A stretch of DNA of 64,000 nt from Candidatus Binataceae bacterium (GCA_963722605.1 CAVRNO010000004.1:538335-602334); one strand, 5' to 3'; numbered from the stretch's first letter, positions 25,268-37,041 are shown. The notes: generated by a model from the sequence alone, not told the origin. Program-made: numbers and translations.

Positions 25268-26005
25268 CTAACGCTCCTCTCTCATCGATTGAGCGATTTC
25301 GAGGCCGACCAGCCGCGCGATCAGAATAGCCAGATACAACTGGCCGAACACCGCCTCCATCACCGAGAGGCTGCGGGCGCCCTCGGATACCGGCAGGATA
25401 TCTCCAAAGCCCGTCGTCGTCAGGCACACAAAGCTGTAGTAGGTGAAGGTGTGAATCAAGGCGAGCATAGGCGCGATGTTGCCGGCCGGCCTTCGGAGGA
25501 TCGCGGCGCTGAACGCATCCGGATTCCGCAGTTCCACGGCTGCGAAGGCATAGGCCCAAGCGACGCCAATCAGCAGGTAGGAGCAAATTGCGGCGCTTAT
25601 AGTGTCCACGGTAACGCTCTTTACCGTGAACAGCCTCGATACCAGCGCAATGACCGTTACGGTCAGGAACAGACACGAACAGATCGCTCCGGCCATCTCG
25701 AGCGTCGGGTTCAGCGTGAATTGCGCCGCCCATCGGCTTCCAAGCGCAGGTACCATCAGTATTAGCGCAATCGTGAAGAAGGTCTTGGTCGTCCGAAATG
25801 CATAAAGAGCGGACAGCAGCACCAGCGCTATCGTCACGGTCGCAAAAGTCTGCGCGAAGATGTGGCTCGAGAAAAACGGCTGCGAGACGAGCAGCAACAG
25901 AATCGTCGCCAGCAGAACGGTAAATCTGCCCGGCCAGTTGTGGCGCGCCAGCCCCAGCCGTCGCCATAGCGCCGAAGGGCTCGGCAGGCTGATTTTCTCG
26001 CTCAC
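25268..26005 (-). CDS. Potassium-channel family protein
   Basis: Selectivity-filter-like TTTGFGD with flanking TM helices. Confidence 0.7.
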   Translation of the reverse strand: MSEKISLPSPSALWRRLGLARHNWPGRFTVLLATILLLLVSQPFFSSHIFAQTFATVTIALVLLSALYAFRTTKTFFTIALILMVPALGSRWAAQFTLNPTLEMAGAICSCLFLTVTVIALVSRLFTVKSVTVDTISAAICSYLLIGVAWAYAFAAVELRNPDAFSAAILRRPAGNIAPMLALIHTFTYYSFVCLTTTGFGDILPVSEGARSLSVMEAVFGQLYLAILIARLVGLEIAQSMREER

Positions 26006-26136
26006 GATGCATCCCTTTCGCGCAACCGGACCCGCGGTGTCAAGCCGGGCATTCCCGCCGCGCGATAAGCCAGGCCAGCATCAGGATCATCCCGCCGGCA
26101 AAGCGGTCCGTCGTCTGCCCGAGCAGCGCGGCGCAC

Positions 26137-26835
26137 TCACGCAAGATCGAACAACAGCACTTCGGCGGGAGAGTTGGCGACGATAGTCACTTTCTCTTCG
26201 TCGCTAATCGCGGCGCCGTCGCCTTCCGCTAGCGCGATACCATTGACTGTGACGGTGCCGCGCGCCACTTGCACCCATCCGTGGCGCCCCTCCTTCAGGT
26301 TGGTCGCGACAGTCTGTCCGTGATCGAGCTTCGCGACTGATAGCACGGCGTCTTGATGAATCTTCACGGAATGATCGCGGCCATCGGGAGAGCCTACAGG
26401 AGCGAAGCCGCCGCGCGCCTTCGCATCGTCGATCGTCCGCTGCTCGTAACCCGGAGCGATTCCGTGCGCGGAAGGCGTGATCCAAATTTGCAGAAAATGA
26501 ACCGGGTCGGTTTTTGAATGATTGAATTCGCTGTGCGTGATTCCCGCCCCCGCACTCATTCTCTGCGCTTCGCCCGGACGAATGACCGAGCCGGTACCAA
26601 TGCTGTCCTTGTGTTCGAGCGCGCCTTCGAGGACGTAGGTGATTATCTCCATGTCGCGATGCCCATGAGTGGCGAAACCCGCGCCGGGGCGGATGCGATC
26701 CTCGTTGATTACGCGCAGCGCGCGAAATCCCACCTGGCCGGGATCGTAGTAGTCGCCGAACGAGAAAGTGTGGCGGCTGTCGAGCCAGTCGATCTTTGTG
26801 CGTCCGCGCTCGGCGGACCTGCGCGGAGTTATCAT
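26137..26835 (-). CDS. Pirin-family protein
   Basis: DWLDSRHTFSFGDYYDP...GFATHGHRDMEIITYVLEG is the cupin/pirin signature. Confidence 0.9.
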   Translation of the reverse strand: MITPRRSAERGRTKIDWLDSRHTFSFGDYYDPGQVGFRALRVINEDRIRPGAGFATHGHRDMEIITYVLEGALEHKDSIGTGSVIRPGEAQRMSAGAGITHSEFNHSKTDPVHFLQIWITPSAHGIAPGYEQRTIDDAKARGGFAPVGSPDGRDHSVKIHQDAVLSVAKLDHGQTVATNLKEGRHGWVQVARGTVTVNGIALAEGDGAAISDEEKVTIVANSPAEVLLFDLA

Positions 26836-26848
26836 TGAGGACTTCTCC

Positions 26849-28108
26849 TCAGCCTGCCGCGGCCGCCGGCTTCATCTTCATGCGGATCGGCATGTGCTTG
26901 ATTCCGCCCACGAAGCTCGAGCGCAGCCGCTCGACCGGGCCCGCGAGTTCGGCCTGATCGAGGCGATCCGCCAACTGGCTGAAAATCACCTTCAGTTCCA
27001 GCCGCGCCAGGTTCGCGCCGAGACAGGAATGCTGGCCGATGCCGAATGCGATCTGCGGATTCGGACTGCGGCTGATGTCGAACTTGAAAGGCTGCTCGAA
27101 AACTTCTTCGTCGCGGTTCGCCGACGGATAAAACAGGCACACCGATTCCCCGGCTTTGATCTTCTGGCCGCGAATCACCGTGTCTTCGGACGCGGTCCGC
27201 GCGAACTGAATAACCGGTGTCGTCCAGCGCACGATCTCTTCGACCGCCGAGTCGATCAGCCCGGGATCGCGCTTGAGCTTTTGCCACTCGGCCGGATGCT
27301 CGATGAAAGCCAGCAGGCCGCCGGTGGTCGCGTTGCGCGTGGTCTCGTTGCCGGCCACCACCAGCAGGAAATAGTACGACAGCATCTCGAACTGCGGTAT
27401 CGGATGGCCATTGACCTTGCCGTTGGCGACGATGCTGGTGATGTCGTTGGTCGGGTGCTTCATCCGTTCCACCACCATGTCGGTGAAATACTGAAACAAT
27501 CCCAGCCGCGAACGATCCATCGTCTCCTGCGCGCTCGTCCCAGCCTGGAACTCGGGGTCGCCGCCGCCGATCGTCTCGTTGGTCCATCGGAAGAGTTGTT
27601 CCCAATCTTTATGCGGGACGCCCAGCAGCTCGGCGATCACAGCGAGCGGAATCTTCGACGATACCTCGGTGACGAAGTCGCACTTGTCGCGCCCGGTCAC
27701 GTCGTCGAGCACTTGGCGCGTAATCCTCTCGATCTCAGGCTGCAACGGTTGCACCTGGCGCGGCGTGAAACGGCGGCTCAGGATCGCGCGATAGTCGCCG
27801 TGTTCCGGCGGATCCATGTCGAGCAGGTGGCGGAACGGCGGCGTCGGACTCTGCTCCAGCCCTTCCTCGTTGACAAACACCAGCAAGCGGGGACCGTTGA
27901 GGAACAGCCGCGGTTGCTTGGAAATCTCCATGATGTCGGCGTGCTTGGTGATCGCCCAAAATGGATCGGTCTTTGGATACTCGCACCAGAAAACCGGTTT
28001 GTGCTTGCGCAAATACGTCCACTCGCGATGCGGATAGCCGTTTTTTGCGTAATGGTCGGGCCCAATTATGTTCAACGATTCCAGTGACAGTGCGTTCTCA
28101 GCTTCCAT
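26849..28108 (-). CDS. Cytochrome P450
   Basis: Heme-binding loop FGIGQHSCLGANLA and an EXXR region. Confidence 0.9.
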   Translation of the reverse strand: MEAENALSLESLNIIGPDHYAKNGYPHREWTYLRKHKPVFWCEYPKTDPFWAITKHADIMEISKQPRLFLNGPRLLVFVNEEGLEQSPTPPFRHLLDMDPPEHGDYRAILSRRFTPRQVQPLQPEIERITRQVLDDVTGRDKCDFVTEVSSKIPLAVIAELLGVPHKDWEQLFRWTNETIGGGDPEFQAGTSAQETMDRSRLGLFQYFTDMVVERMKHPTNDITSIVANGKVNGHPIPQFEMLSYYFLLVVAGNETTRNATTGGLLAFIEHPAEWQKLKRDPGLIDSAVEEIVRWTTPVIQFARTASEDTVIRGQKIKAGESVCLFYPSANRDEEVFEQPFKFDISRSPNPQIAFGIGQHSCLGANLARLELKVIFSQLADRLDQAELAGPVERLRSSFVGGIKHMPIRMKMKPAAAAG

Positions 28109-28172
28109 TAAAAATTGTCTCCGCTATCCCGCGATTTCAGTCTTGATTCCGTATTCTGACCCCTCGGGCCTG

Positions 28173-28367
28173 CTAGTCGTCGCTGACCGTAATGGCTTGG
28201 CGCGGGCACATCCGCGCCGCAAGCTCGATCTTTTCGCGCATGCGCTCGGGTGGCCTGTCGATCAACAGGTGGCTCTTTTCGTCCTCTCGCACCTCGAATA
28301 CTTCCGGCGCCACCTGCTGGCATTTCGTGTTCCCTTCGCACAGGTTCTGATCGACAACGACCTTCAT
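28173..28367 (-). CDS. Small ferredoxin (P450 redox partner)
   Basis: 64 aa with the C-x2-x-x-C...CP cluster ligands (CEGNTKC...CP); immediately upstream of the P450 gene. Confidence 0.8.
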   Translation of the reverse strand: MKVVVDQNLCEGNTKCQQVAPEVFEVREDEKSHLLIDRPPERMREKIELAARMCPRQAITVSDD

Positions 28368-28632
28368 TTGATTGCTTCTCCTTTTTCATTTCCCACGGAA
28401 CGCCGCACGGCGAACTGATCATATAAAAGCGCCATTCTTACGGCCAGCATCGCCGAGCCGCGGAATAAGCACCCGGCGGACCGGGCCACGGCCGCCGTTT
28501 CAGAACTCGCCAAGCATAGTCCGAAATCGGGCGACTCCCCTCTTTGCGGCAGAAATATTTGTAATCCGAGCTCTTGACTGAACCGGTCTCGATCTTTAAT
28601 CTAGCGACCCTATCGACTAAATTGTCGATAAG

Positions 28633-29091
28633 ATGCTTTCGAAAAAGTCGAAATACGCGCTCAAGGCAATGATGGTGTTGGCCAAAGAATACGGGCAGGG
28701 ACCCGTGCTCATATCCGATTTGGCTCAGCGCGAAGCTATTCCGCGCAAGTTTCTGGAACTGATCCTGCTCGAACTCAAGAACCAGGGACTCCTCCAGAGC
28801 AAGAAGGGCAAGGGCGGCGGATATTTCCTCGCGCGCGATCCTCAGACGATCAGCGTTGGGCACATTGTGCGCGTATTGGATGGGCCAATCGCACCATTGC
28901 CCTGCGTCAGCAAGATGGCATACATGCGATGCCGCGAATGCCGCGACGAGCGCACTTGTGGAATTAGAATCGTGATGAAGGAAGTCCGCGACGCGACCGC
29001 AAAGATAATGGACTCGACTTCGCTGGTGGACATGCTCAAGAACGTCGAGGCAATGGTCAGCGGCAAGGAATCGCTGAATTTCGCGATTTGA
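28633..29091 (+). CDS. Rrf2-family transcriptional regulator
   Basis: KYALKAMMVLAKEYGQGPVLISDLAQREAIPRKFLELILLELKNQGLLQSKKGKGGGYFLAR plus C-terminal Cys ligands (PLPCVSKMAYMRCRECRDERTC). Confidence 0.85.
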   Translation: MLSKKSKYALKAMMVLAKEYGQGPVLISDLAQREAIPRKFLELILLELKNQGLLQSKKGKGGGYFLARDPQTISVGHIVRVLDGPIAPLPCVSKMAYMRCRECRDERTCGIRIVMKEVRDATAKIMDSTSLVDMLKNVEAMVSGKESLNFAI

Positions 29092-29111
29092 AAGCAGTTT
29101 TGCTTTTTTTT
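29091..29111 (+). terminator. Probable intrinsic terminator after the Rrf2 gene
   Basis: AAAGCA-gttt-TGCTTT followed by a long T-run. Confidence 0.4.
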
Positions 29112-29144
29112 GGGGATTAGTCCAGTCACCTAATAGGATAGATT

Positions 29145-29342
29145 ATGAAAATCGACTCAACCCTGACCAGCCGGCGCGAAGGTCAGTCCGAACTTGATTC
29201 CGGCGACGACATTCTGCGGCGCATCGCAAGCGCCATCAGCGGCGTGCGCTTTGGCTCGGTGGAGGTCGTAATCCAGGACTCGCGAGTCGTGCAAATCGAG
29301 CGCAAAGAGAAGTTTCGCTTCGACAAGCCCGGCCGTGGGTAA
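29145..29342 (+). CDS. YezD/DUF2292-like small protein
   Basis: GSVEVVIQDSRVVQIERKEK motif. The family commonly accompanies sulfate-transport genes, as here. Confidence 0.5.
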   Translation: MKIDSTLTSRREGQSELDSGDDILRRIASAISGVRFGSVEVVIQDSRVVQIERKEKFRFDKPGRG

Positions 29343-29502
29343 CCGCATCCGCCTAAAGAAATGAATCGCCCACGACCATCGCAAATTCAGGCAGGAGCCC
29401 GGACCAGGGAAGGATCCGGGTACGCCATGACAGAGCCGTTAATCACCAACCGCGAGCCGACCGGTCATCCGGAAGTTCCCAAGACGATGAGGGGCTTTCG
29501 AG

Positions 29503-30994
29503 ATGAGAAAATGCACTTTGCCGATTCTGCCAGTTCTGCTGGCGGCGGTAATTGCCGGGGTGTTTATTCCCGCCGCGCGGGCGCATGCGCAGTCGAAGCT
29601 TTCCGCCGATCCGAAGGATCAGGAAATCCAACTGCTCAAGACAGAGATCAAGCAACTCGAGCAGAGGGTCGATACGCTGGAAGGGCTTGATCAGAAAGTG
29701 AAAGTGATCGACCGCAAGCTTGAGGTTCAGGCCGAGACCCAGAGGGATCAGGCCGCCACCGAGCAGAAAAAGTTCCTCGAGATGCCAATTGTCAAGGCGG
29801 GCGACGAGGGATTCTCGCTCTCTTCGCCCAACCACGACTACAACATAAATTTCGGCGGGATCATCCAGGGCGATGGCCGCTTCTTCACCAGCGGCGCGGA
29901 CAAGAACGTCAGCAGCACGTTTTACCTCAACCGAGTGCGCCCGATTATCACCGGCTCGCTTGCGAAGTACTACAACTTCAACATCACACCCGACTTCGGC
30001 CAGGGCAAGGTCGTGCTGCAAGACGCCTACCTCAATAACACCTATTTCGATTTTGCCAGCCTGAGGGCCGGGAAGTTCAAAGCGCCGCTGGATCTCGAGC
30101 GCCTGCAGTCGGATCGCGACCTGGAGTTCAGCGAGCGATCGCAGATTCAGAACCTGGTCCCGAACCGCGACACTGGTCTCGACCTGCACGGCAAACTTCT
30201 GGACGGTCTCGTCTTCTATGACGCCGCGTTGATGAACGGAGTGCCGAACAACACCGCGTCGGATACGGTGGACCTCGACAACAACGACGGCAAGGATTTC
30301 GTCGGCCGCGTTTTCACCACGCCGTTCACGCTAAGCGAAAACCAATGGCTCAAGGGACTGGGCTTCGGTTTCGCCGGTTCCTATGGCGACGAGCGCGGCG
30401 CCACCACCTCGGCCTACAAGACGTATGGCGCGAGCACCTGGTTCTCGTACAACAAGGGCGTGACCGCGTCCGGCCTGCGCGCGCGTCTCGAGCCGCAAGC
30501 CTACTACTACGCGGGCCCCTTCGGATTGATGGCCGCGTACGCGCAGGACGAGCACTCGCTGAACCTGTTCACCAGCGCCGGGAAGACCCCGTTCGTCAAG
30601 CCCATCAACCGGACCGATACCTTCACCGACACCGGCTATTTCGCGCAGGCTTCCTACTATCTGACCGGAGAAAATGTCCTCTTACGGCTGGGTCAAGCCA
30701 TCTCGCCCCTTCGACCCGCGCAACGGAGCGTGGGGCGCATGGGAGTTGGCGGCCAGAATCAGCAACGTCGCCGCGCAAACTCGCCAGTTCCAGCTCGGGT
30801 TCGCCAATCCGAGCGTGTCCGCGAAAACCGCCACCGAGTTCGCGCTCGGCGTCAACTGGTACCTGACCAGCAACATCAAGTGGTATTTCGACTACGCGAA
30901 CACCTTCTTCGACGGAGGCGCCGGCACGACCGCCGCGCCCAAGGACCGGCCGAACGAAAGCGTGTTCGAGTCGGAACTGCAAATCTCTTTCTAA
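29503..30994 (+). CDS. OprO/OprP-family anion-selective porin, joinable across a 1-nt shift near 30671-30674
   Basis: Signal peptide, then ...[27 protein letters not shown].. The C-terminal part ([29 protein letters not shown]...ELQISF) is in the +1 frame. Reading the A4 run as A3 gives ...TGEMSSYGW.... Confidence 0.7.
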
Positions 30995-32043
30995 TGAAAC
31001 TGGTGCAAGGAATGTCCGGTCGAAAATCCAAATTTACCGTGACGCTCGCTGCCGTCACTTTGGCGGCGAGCGTTGTTCTCGGCGTGGGCATCGCGCGCGC
31101 AGCCCAGGTCACACTCCTCAACGTCTCGTACGATCCGACCCGCGGACTTTACGAATCGATCAACGCACGGTTCGCGAAGGATTGGAAAGCGAAGACGGGC
31201 GACGACGTCACCGTCAACCAATCGCACGGCGGCTCGGGCAAGCAGGCGCGCGCGGTAATCGACGGCCTGGAGGCCGACGTGGTGACGCTCGGCCTGGCCG
31301 GCGATATCGACGCGATCGCCGAGAAGGCGAGCCTGCTGCCGTCGAACTGGCAATCGCGCCTGCCCGACAACAGTTGTCCCTACACTTCAACCATCGTGCT
31401 GCTGGTGCGCAAGGGAAATCCGAGAAAGATCCACGATTGGGATGACCTGGTGAAACCGGGCATCTCGGTGATCACGCCGAATCCGAAGACCTCGGGCGGC
31501 GCGCGATGGAATTTTCTGGCGGCGTGGGGGTACGCGCTCAAGCGCAACGGCGGCGACGAGGCGAAGGCGGCGGCGTTCGTCCGCGCGCTTTACAAAAACG
31601 TGCCGGTGCTCGATTCCGGAGCGCGCGGCTCGACCACTACTTTCGTCGAGCGCGAAATCGGCGACGTGCTGATCGGGTGGGAAAACGAGGCGCAGATGGC
31701 GATCAAGCAATTTGGCGCCGACAAGTTCGAGCTCGTCTATCCGTCGGTAAGCATCCTGGCCGAACCTCCGGTCGCTTGGGTGGACAAGGTTGACGGCCGT
31801 CACGGCACGGCCGCGGCTGCGAAGGCGTATCTGGAATTTCTGTACACGCCCGCGGGCCAGGAAATAATCGCGCAGAATTTCTTCCGTCCGCGCGACAAGG
31901 CCGTCGCCGCGAAGTATGCGAGCCAATTTCCGGGCATCAGCCTGCTCACGATCGATTCGGATTTCGGCGGATGGAAAAAGGCGCAGCCCAGGTTTTTCGG
32001 CGACGGCGGCGTATTCGACAGGATCTATCAACCGGGAAGCTAG
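30994..32043 (+). CDS. cysP: Sulfate/thiosulfate ABC transporter substrate-binding protein
   Basis: Signal peptide plus the conserved Sbp/CysP core ([13 protein letters not shown]...[12 protein letters not shown]...[16 protein letters not shown]). ATG at 30994 overlaps the porin stop (TAATG). Confidence 0.85.
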   Translation: MKLVQGMSGRKSKFTVTLAAVTLAASVVLGVGIARAAQVTLLNVSYDPTRGLYESINARFAKDWKAKTGDDVTVNQSHGGSGKQARAVIDGLEADVVTLGLAGDIDAIAEKASLLPSNWQSRLPDNSCPYTSTIVLLVRKGNPRKIHDWDDLVKPGISVITPNPKTSGGARWNFLAAWGYALKRNGGDEAKAAAFVRALYKNVPVLDSGARGSTTTFVEREIGDVLIGWENEAQMAIKQFGADKFELVYPSVSILAEPPVAWVDKVDGRHGTAAAAKAYLEFLYTPAGQEIIAQNFFRPRDKAVAAKYASQFPGISLLTIDSDFGGWKKAQPRFFGDGGVFDRIYQPGS

Positions 32044-32070
32044 GCAGGGCGGGGCAAAGCGACGCGCGCG

Positions 32071-32904
32071 ATGGGATCGAACACGAAACGGAACAACGTG
32101 CTGCCGGGATTCAACCTGAGCCTGGGCTTCACGGTCGCGTACCTCGGGATCGTCGTGCTGATTCCGATCTCGACGATCTTCTTCAAGACATTCACTCTGA
32201 CCTGGCCCCAGTTCTGGGCCGCGGTCGCGAGTCCGCGCACTATCGCGGCCTACCGGCTGAGCTTCGGGGCGTCGATTGCAGGAGCGCTGGCCAACTCGGT
32301 GTTCGGGTTCGTCGTGGCGTGGAGCCTGGTTCGTTACGAATTCCCGGGCAAGAGCCTGATTGACGTGATGGTCGATCTTCCGTTCGCGCTGCCGACTTCG
32401 GTGGCGGGAATCACTCTGACCGCGATTTATGCGGGCAACGGATGGATCGGGCGGTACCTCGCGCCGCTTGGAATAAAAGTTGCCTACGCCCCGCTCGGAG
32501 TGGTGGTCGCGCTTACTTTCGTCGGGCTGCCGTTCGTGGTTCGCACCATCCAGCCGGTGCTCGAGGATCTCGATCAGGAATACGAGGAGGCCGCGGCGAC
32601 GCTCGGCGCAAGCCGCTTGCAGACGTTCGTACTGGTGATCGCGCCCGCGCTGATTCCCGCACTGCTGACCGGATTCGCGCTCGCGTTCGCGCGCGCGCTG
32701 GGTGAATACGGCTCGGTCGTATTCATTTCCGGCAACATGCCGATGCGCACCGAAGTGGTACCGTTGCTGATCATGAGCAAGCTCGAGCAATTCGATTACG
32801 CCGGCGCGACGGCGATCGCGGTGGTGATGCTGTCGGTGTCGTTCGTGCTGCTGTTCGGCATCAACGTGCTGCAAAGGTGGAGCAGCCGCCGGCTGGCGGC
32901 TTGA
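32071..32904 (+). CDS. cysT: Sulfate ABC transporter permease CysT
   Basis: ABC permease with an EAA-like region (GASRLQTFVLVIAPALIPAL); gene order cysP-T-W-A. Confidence 0.85.
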   Translation: MGSNTKRNNVLPGFNLSLGFTVAYLGIVVLIPISTIFFKTFTLTWPQFWAAVASPRTIAAYRLSFGASIAGALANSVFGFVVAWSLVRYEFPGKSLIDVMVDLPFALPTSVAGITLTAIYAGNGWIGRYLAPLGIKVAYAPLGVVVALTFVGLPFVVRTIQPVLEDLDQEYEEAAATLGASRLQTFVLVIAPALIPALLTGFALAFARALGEYGSVVFISGNMPMRTEVVPLLIMSKLEQFDYAGATAIAVVMLSVSFVLLFGINVLQRWSSRRLAA

Positions 32905-33797
32905 GGTTCAAGATGACCGGCCATCCGCAACGCGAACCGAAGAGGCCCGGGACGGCGGATCCGCCCGCGGTCAGAATCGCGCTAATCGCGATCGCGCTCG
33001 CGTTCCTCGCGCTGTTTCTTTTCCTCCCGGTAATCGCGGTCTTCGCCGAGGCGCTGCAAAAAGGTATCGGCGCCTACTTTGCCGCGATCGCCGATCCAGA
33101 GGCCCGCGCCGCAATTCGGCTGACGCTGATGACCGCTGCGATCGCAGTGCCGCTCAACGTCAGTTTCGGAATCGCCGCGTCATGGGCGATCGCGCGTTTC
33201 GATTTTCCCGGCAAGCAAACGCTGTTGACGCTGATCGACATACCGTTCTCGGTCTCGCCGGTCATCTCGGGGATGCTGTTCGTGCTGCTGCTCGGCGTGC
33301 GCGCGCCGCTTGGCGGGTTCCTCGCCGATCACGGCATCCGGGTGATCTTTGCGGAGCCGGGGATCGTGCTCGCGACAATCTTCGTCACCTTTCCGCTGGC
33401 CGCGCGCGAGCTGATCCCGATCATGCAGGCGGTCGGCAGCGAGGAGGAGGAAGCCGCGATCGTGCTGGGCGCCGGCGGATGGCAGATGTTTTTTCGGGTG
33501 ACGATTCCCAACGTCAAGTGGGGGCTGCTGTACGGGCTGGTGTTGTGCAACGCGCGCGCGATGGGCGAGTTCGGCGCGGTCTCGGTGGTTTCGGGGCATA
33601 TCCGCGGGCACACGAACACGATGCCGCTGTACGTCGAGATTCTGTACAATGATTACCAGTTCGCGGCCGCGTTTGCGGTCTCGTCGCTGCTTACCCTGCT
33701 CGCGATCGCGACGCTCATCGCCAAGCGTTATCTGGTGCGCCGCGTGATTCCCGCGAAGCAGGAACAAGATGATATGGCGGTGAAGGTTGCGGCATGA
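32877..33797 (+). CDS. cysW: Sulfate ABC transporter permease CysW
   Basis: Second permease paralog in cysPTWA order. Confidence 0.85.
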   Translation: MEQPPAGGLRFKMTGHPQREPKRPGTADPPAVRIALIAIALAFLALFLFLPVIAVFAEALQKGIGAYFAAIADPEARAAIRLTLMTAAIAVPLNVSFGIAASWAIARFDFPGKQTLLTLIDIPFSVSPVISGMLFVLLLGVRAPLGGFLADHGIRVIFAEPGIVLATIFVTFPLAARELIPIMQAVGSEEEEAAIVLGAGGWQMFFRVTIPNVKWGLLYGLVLCNARAMGEFGAVSVVSGHIRGHTNTMPLYVEILYNDYQFAAAFAVSSLLTLLAIATLIAKRYLVRRVIPAKQEQDDMAVKVAA

Positions 33798-34863
33798 GCA
33801 TCGAGCTCAGAAATATCAGTAAGAAGTTCGGCGACTTCGTTGCGGTTGACAATATCAACCTGCATATCGAAACCGGCGAGCTGGTCGCGCTGCTGGGGCT
33901 GTCGGGGTCGGGCAAGACCACGCTGCTCAGGATAATCGCGGGGCTGGAAACGCCGGACACCGGCGAGGTGCTGTTTCACGGCGAGGACGCCAGCGACGTG
34001 AGCGTCCGCGAGCGCAAAGTCGGTTTCGTATTTCAGCACTACGCGCTGTTTCGCCACATGACGGTGTTCGAGAACATCGCGTTCGGGATGCGCGTGATCG
34101 CGCGGCGCGCACGCCCGCCGAGGCCGAGATCGCGCGGCGCGTGCACGAGCTGCTGAAACTCGTGCAGCTTGACGTTTTTGCCGATCGCTACCCCTCGCAG
34201 CTCTCCGGCGGGCAGCGCCAGCGCGTCGCCCTGGCGCGCACGCTCGCGGTTGAACCAAAAGTGCTGCTGCTCGACGAGCCGTTCGGCGCGCTCGACGCCA
34301 AGGTGCGGCAGGAACTGCGCCGATGGCTGCGCCGCCTGCACGACGAGATCAAGATAACCAGCGTCTTCGTCACTCACGATCAGGAAGAGGCGCTGGAACT
34401 CGCCAACCGGATCGTGGTGATGAACCAGGGGCGGATCGAGCAGATCGGCACGGCCGAGGAAGTCTATCACCATCCCGCCAATGCCTTCGTGTACAACTTC
34501 CTGGGCAACGTGAACCTGTTCCACGGACGAATCGAGGACGGCCGCGTGTTTCTCGGCGATACCGCCGTCGAGCTCGAAAATACCCATACCCACGCGCATC
34601 CCGAGACCGGCAAGGCGGTGCTTTACGTGCGGCCGCATCTGCTCGAAATCGTGTTGAAGCCCAACGGCAAGCAGACGTTCCCCGCGACCGTGAAGTCGAT
34701 CAATCCGGCCGGTCCGCAGGTCAAGATCGAGCTGGTCGCCGAGTGGGGCGACATGGTGCAGGTCGAGATCGATCACGAACGCTACCAGGCGCTGCATCTG
34801 GAGCCGGGCGCGAACGTGTTTCTCAGGCCCAAGGAACCGAAGCTGTTCGTCTATACGATCTAG
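33794..34863 (+). CDS. cysA: Sulfate ABC transporter ATP-binding protein CysA, joinable across a 1-nt shift near 34121
   Basis: Walker [10 protein letters not shown] and [15 protein letters not shown]. The two ORFs (33794-34156, 34141-34863) join as ...[19 protein letters not shown]... if one G is added at CCGCCGAGG. Confidence 0.8.
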
Positions 34864-34966
34864 CAGTTTGCATACGTTTCTCCGGAGCCCGGGTATTTTC
34901 AACTCGCCGGCTGACTGTTGCACTGCGATTGACAATTATATTGCATGCTATGCACAATGCGCGATG

Positions 34967-35288
34967 AAGTGATCCGGAGCACTTCGACACAACGGCGGCT
35001 CAAAGAGCTGGTTCGAGACGGGAGGCAGCACATACGGGTTTAATGCCTACCAAGGGCGCAAGCGACTGCGGACGAAGGTGCCGTTTAATGGAAGTCCTGG
35101 ACGAAGCCGAGAATTTGAGTGATTTGTCAGCACTGAAGGCCCGGGCATGTCGGCAATCCATCCGCTGCACACGAAGACCGCCGCGATATGCGATGGCGGT
35201 CAATGAAGTCAATGGCGGATTAGCTTTTCAATTTGAGGAGGGGGACCGTCACTGCTGGTCGAATTACGAACGACCGTACTGGCACTGA
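34967..35288 (+). pseudogene. HigB-like toxin gene (plasmid-maintenance killer family), apparently multiply frameshifted
   Basis: The N-terminal frame MRDEVIRSTSTQRRLKELVRDG parallels HigB ..IkSF.HKgLk.LfekG. The C-terminal frame ...LAFQFEEGDRHCWSNYERPYWH parallels ..RitFqf.dGda.ildyeDYH. The frames differ, and higA follows. Confidence 0.3.
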
Positions 35289-35356
35289 GAGCACCGGTTA
35301 CCATTACGCCTATAGTTTAATCCATACGTTACTATGAGTCTAGAGTAATTTGGAAA

Positions 35357-35683
35357 ATGAGGCCGGAGTATGCCGTTGATCGCGAAAAGGTAGCCGCCCG
35401 CAGGCCGATTCATCCCGGTATTATTTTTGCCGAAGAGGTGATGCCTGAACTGCGACGTCATCGGACGATCGGCGAGATTGCCACTCTGCTCGGCGTGAGC
35501 CGTCAGACTTTGCATCGCGTGATGGTCGGCGACATCTCTATCAGCTCCGAGATGGCGGTTCGTCTGGGCAAGCTATGCGGCAACGGCCCGGGAATTTGGA
35601 TCAGGCTGCAGGGGCGTTACGACACGTGGGAAGCCGCGCGCCGGCTTGGCAATCGGATCGAGAAGATTCCGACTCTGGTCTAA
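35357..35683 (+). CDS. higA: HigA-family antitoxin (XRE-type HTH)
   Basis: [70 protein letters not shown] is the canonical HigA/VapI fold. Confidence 0.7.
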   Translation: MRPEYAVDREKVAARRPIHPGIIFAEEVMPELRRHRTIGEIATLLGVSRQTLHRVMVGDISISSEMAVRLGKLCGNGPGIWIRLQGRYDTWEAARRLGNRIEKIPTLV

Positions 35684-35739
35684 CGATTACGGCTGGCGCC
35701 GGGAACCGCGCGGCCTTCGTAGCCGTTGTCCAATATGCA

Positions 35740-36402
35740 ATGATCGAGACAGCGGATCGAAAGTTGGCTGAAGCCGGGAACAACACCGCCGGGCAGGGCG
35801 AGCGTCTGATCGCGCGGCGGGTATTCATCGCCGCGATTGCCGCGATACCGGCGATCATCGCATTCGGATGCGCTGAAACCGCCGCCGCATCCGACGCATC
35901 CGGCAATTCGCCGGATCCGGACGCGCCGGGCATCGTCAAAGTACCGATAGTAGAGTTCACCGATTCGGGCCAGAGAAAGGGACTCGTGATGGAAGATAAA
36001 GTCGTCAAGACGGACGAGGAATGGCGCAAAGAGCTGACCCCGGAGCAGTACGAGGTCACGCGCAAGAAGGGCACCGAGCGGCCGTTCCAAAACCTGTACG
36101 CCGAGAATCACGACAAGGGTCTCTATCGATGCGTCTGCTGCGGCAACGCGCTGTTCAGCTCCGACGCCAAGTTCGATTCCGGCACGGGATGGCCGAGCTT
36201 CTATCAGCCGATCGCGCCGGAGAACGTCAAGACGGAGACTGATCGTTCGCTTTTCAGGAAGCGGACCGAGGTGTTGTGCGCGAAATGCGATGCGCATCTC
36301 GGCCACGTGTTCGACGACGGTCCGCGGCCGACCGGGTTGCGCTATTGCATGAATTCCGCGTCGCTCAAGTTCATCAAGTCCGGCGAACAGAATAAGCCGT
36401 GA
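35740..36402 (+). CDS. msrB: Peptide-methionine (R)-S-oxide reductase MsrB with a Tat/lipoprotein-type signal
   Basis: C-terminal MsrB domain with [11 protein letters not shown]...GWPSF...[17 protein letters not shown]-terminal [19 protein letters not shown] contains an RR motif and a lipobox. Confidence 0.8.
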   Translation: MIETADRKLAEAGNNTAGQGERLIARRVFIAAIAAIPAIIAFGCAETAAASDASGNSPDPDAPGIVKVPIVEFTDSGQRKGLVMEDKVVKTDEEWRKELTPEQYEVTRKKGTERPFQNLYAENHDKGLYRCVCCGNALFSSDAKFDSGTGWPSFYQPIAPENVKTETDRSLFRKRTEVLCAKCDAHLGHVFDDGPRPTGLRYCMNSASLKFIKSGEQNKP

Positions 36403-36458
36403 GTCGCGGCGGCCCGCGCGCACAATCGTTGCGCGAGCTGCGATCAGGAGATCGTGAC

Positions 36459-37001
36459 ATGCACGGCGACGCGCGGAAATATTGCGTCGATGCCAGGATG
36501 CTCGACGGCGCCGCGATCCGGATCCGCGCGATTCGCCCCGACGATCAGGATCGCCTGTACGAACATTTCAGGGGGCTCGGCGAACAGTCCGTCTACTTTC
36601 GTTTCATGGGAGCCAAGCGCGATCTGTCGGCGCACGATCTCAAGGGTCTGACCGAGCTCGACTTCAAGAATCACGCCGGTCTGGCCGCGACGGTAACCGA
36701 GAATGGGCGCGAGCGCTTCATCGGCGTCGGTCGTTACATTTGCGGCTCCGATCCGCATCGCGCTGAGGTCGCGTTCGCAATTCTCGACGAGTTCCAGGGC
36801 CGCGGCATCGGCACTCTGCTGCTCGAGCATCTCGGCCTTATCGCCGACGCAAACGGGATCGCGGAATTCGAAGCCGACGTGCTCGGCGACAACCGCCAGA
36901 TGCTGGAGGTGTTCGCCCACGGCGGTTTCAAGAGCAGCCGCTCTTTGGAATCGGGCGTCGTACATCTCCACTGCTCGACAAGCAAAATGTTGAGCAAGTA
37001 A
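36459..37001 (+). CDS. GNAT-family N-acetyltransferase
   Basis: Acetyl-CoA-binding motif ILDEFQGRGIGTLLLEHL. Confidence 0.75.
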   Translation: MHGDARKYCVDARMLDGAAIRIRAIRPDDQDRLYEHFRGLGEQSVYFRFMGAKRDLSAHDLKGLTELDFKNHAGLAATVTENGRERFIGVGRYICGSDPHRAEVAFAILDEFQGRGIGTLLLEHLGLIADANGIAEFEADVLGDNRQMLEVFAHGGFKSSRSLESGVVHLHCSTSKMLSK

Positions 37002-37041
37002 GTTTCTTGGGCAATCGCACCAAAGCCGCGGAGGTCATTCG

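Noticed and set aside
29503-32043. Single 846-aa ORF in the track spanning porin and sulfate-binding protein
   Set aside because: The middle ~100 codons ([32 protein letters not shown]...) are non-protein-like arginine-rich read-through. The true porin C-terminus is in the +1 frame (ORF 30674-30994, ...ELQISF), and the sulfate-binding protein has its own ATG and signal peptide at 30994. They are split into two genes, with one probable indel in the porin.
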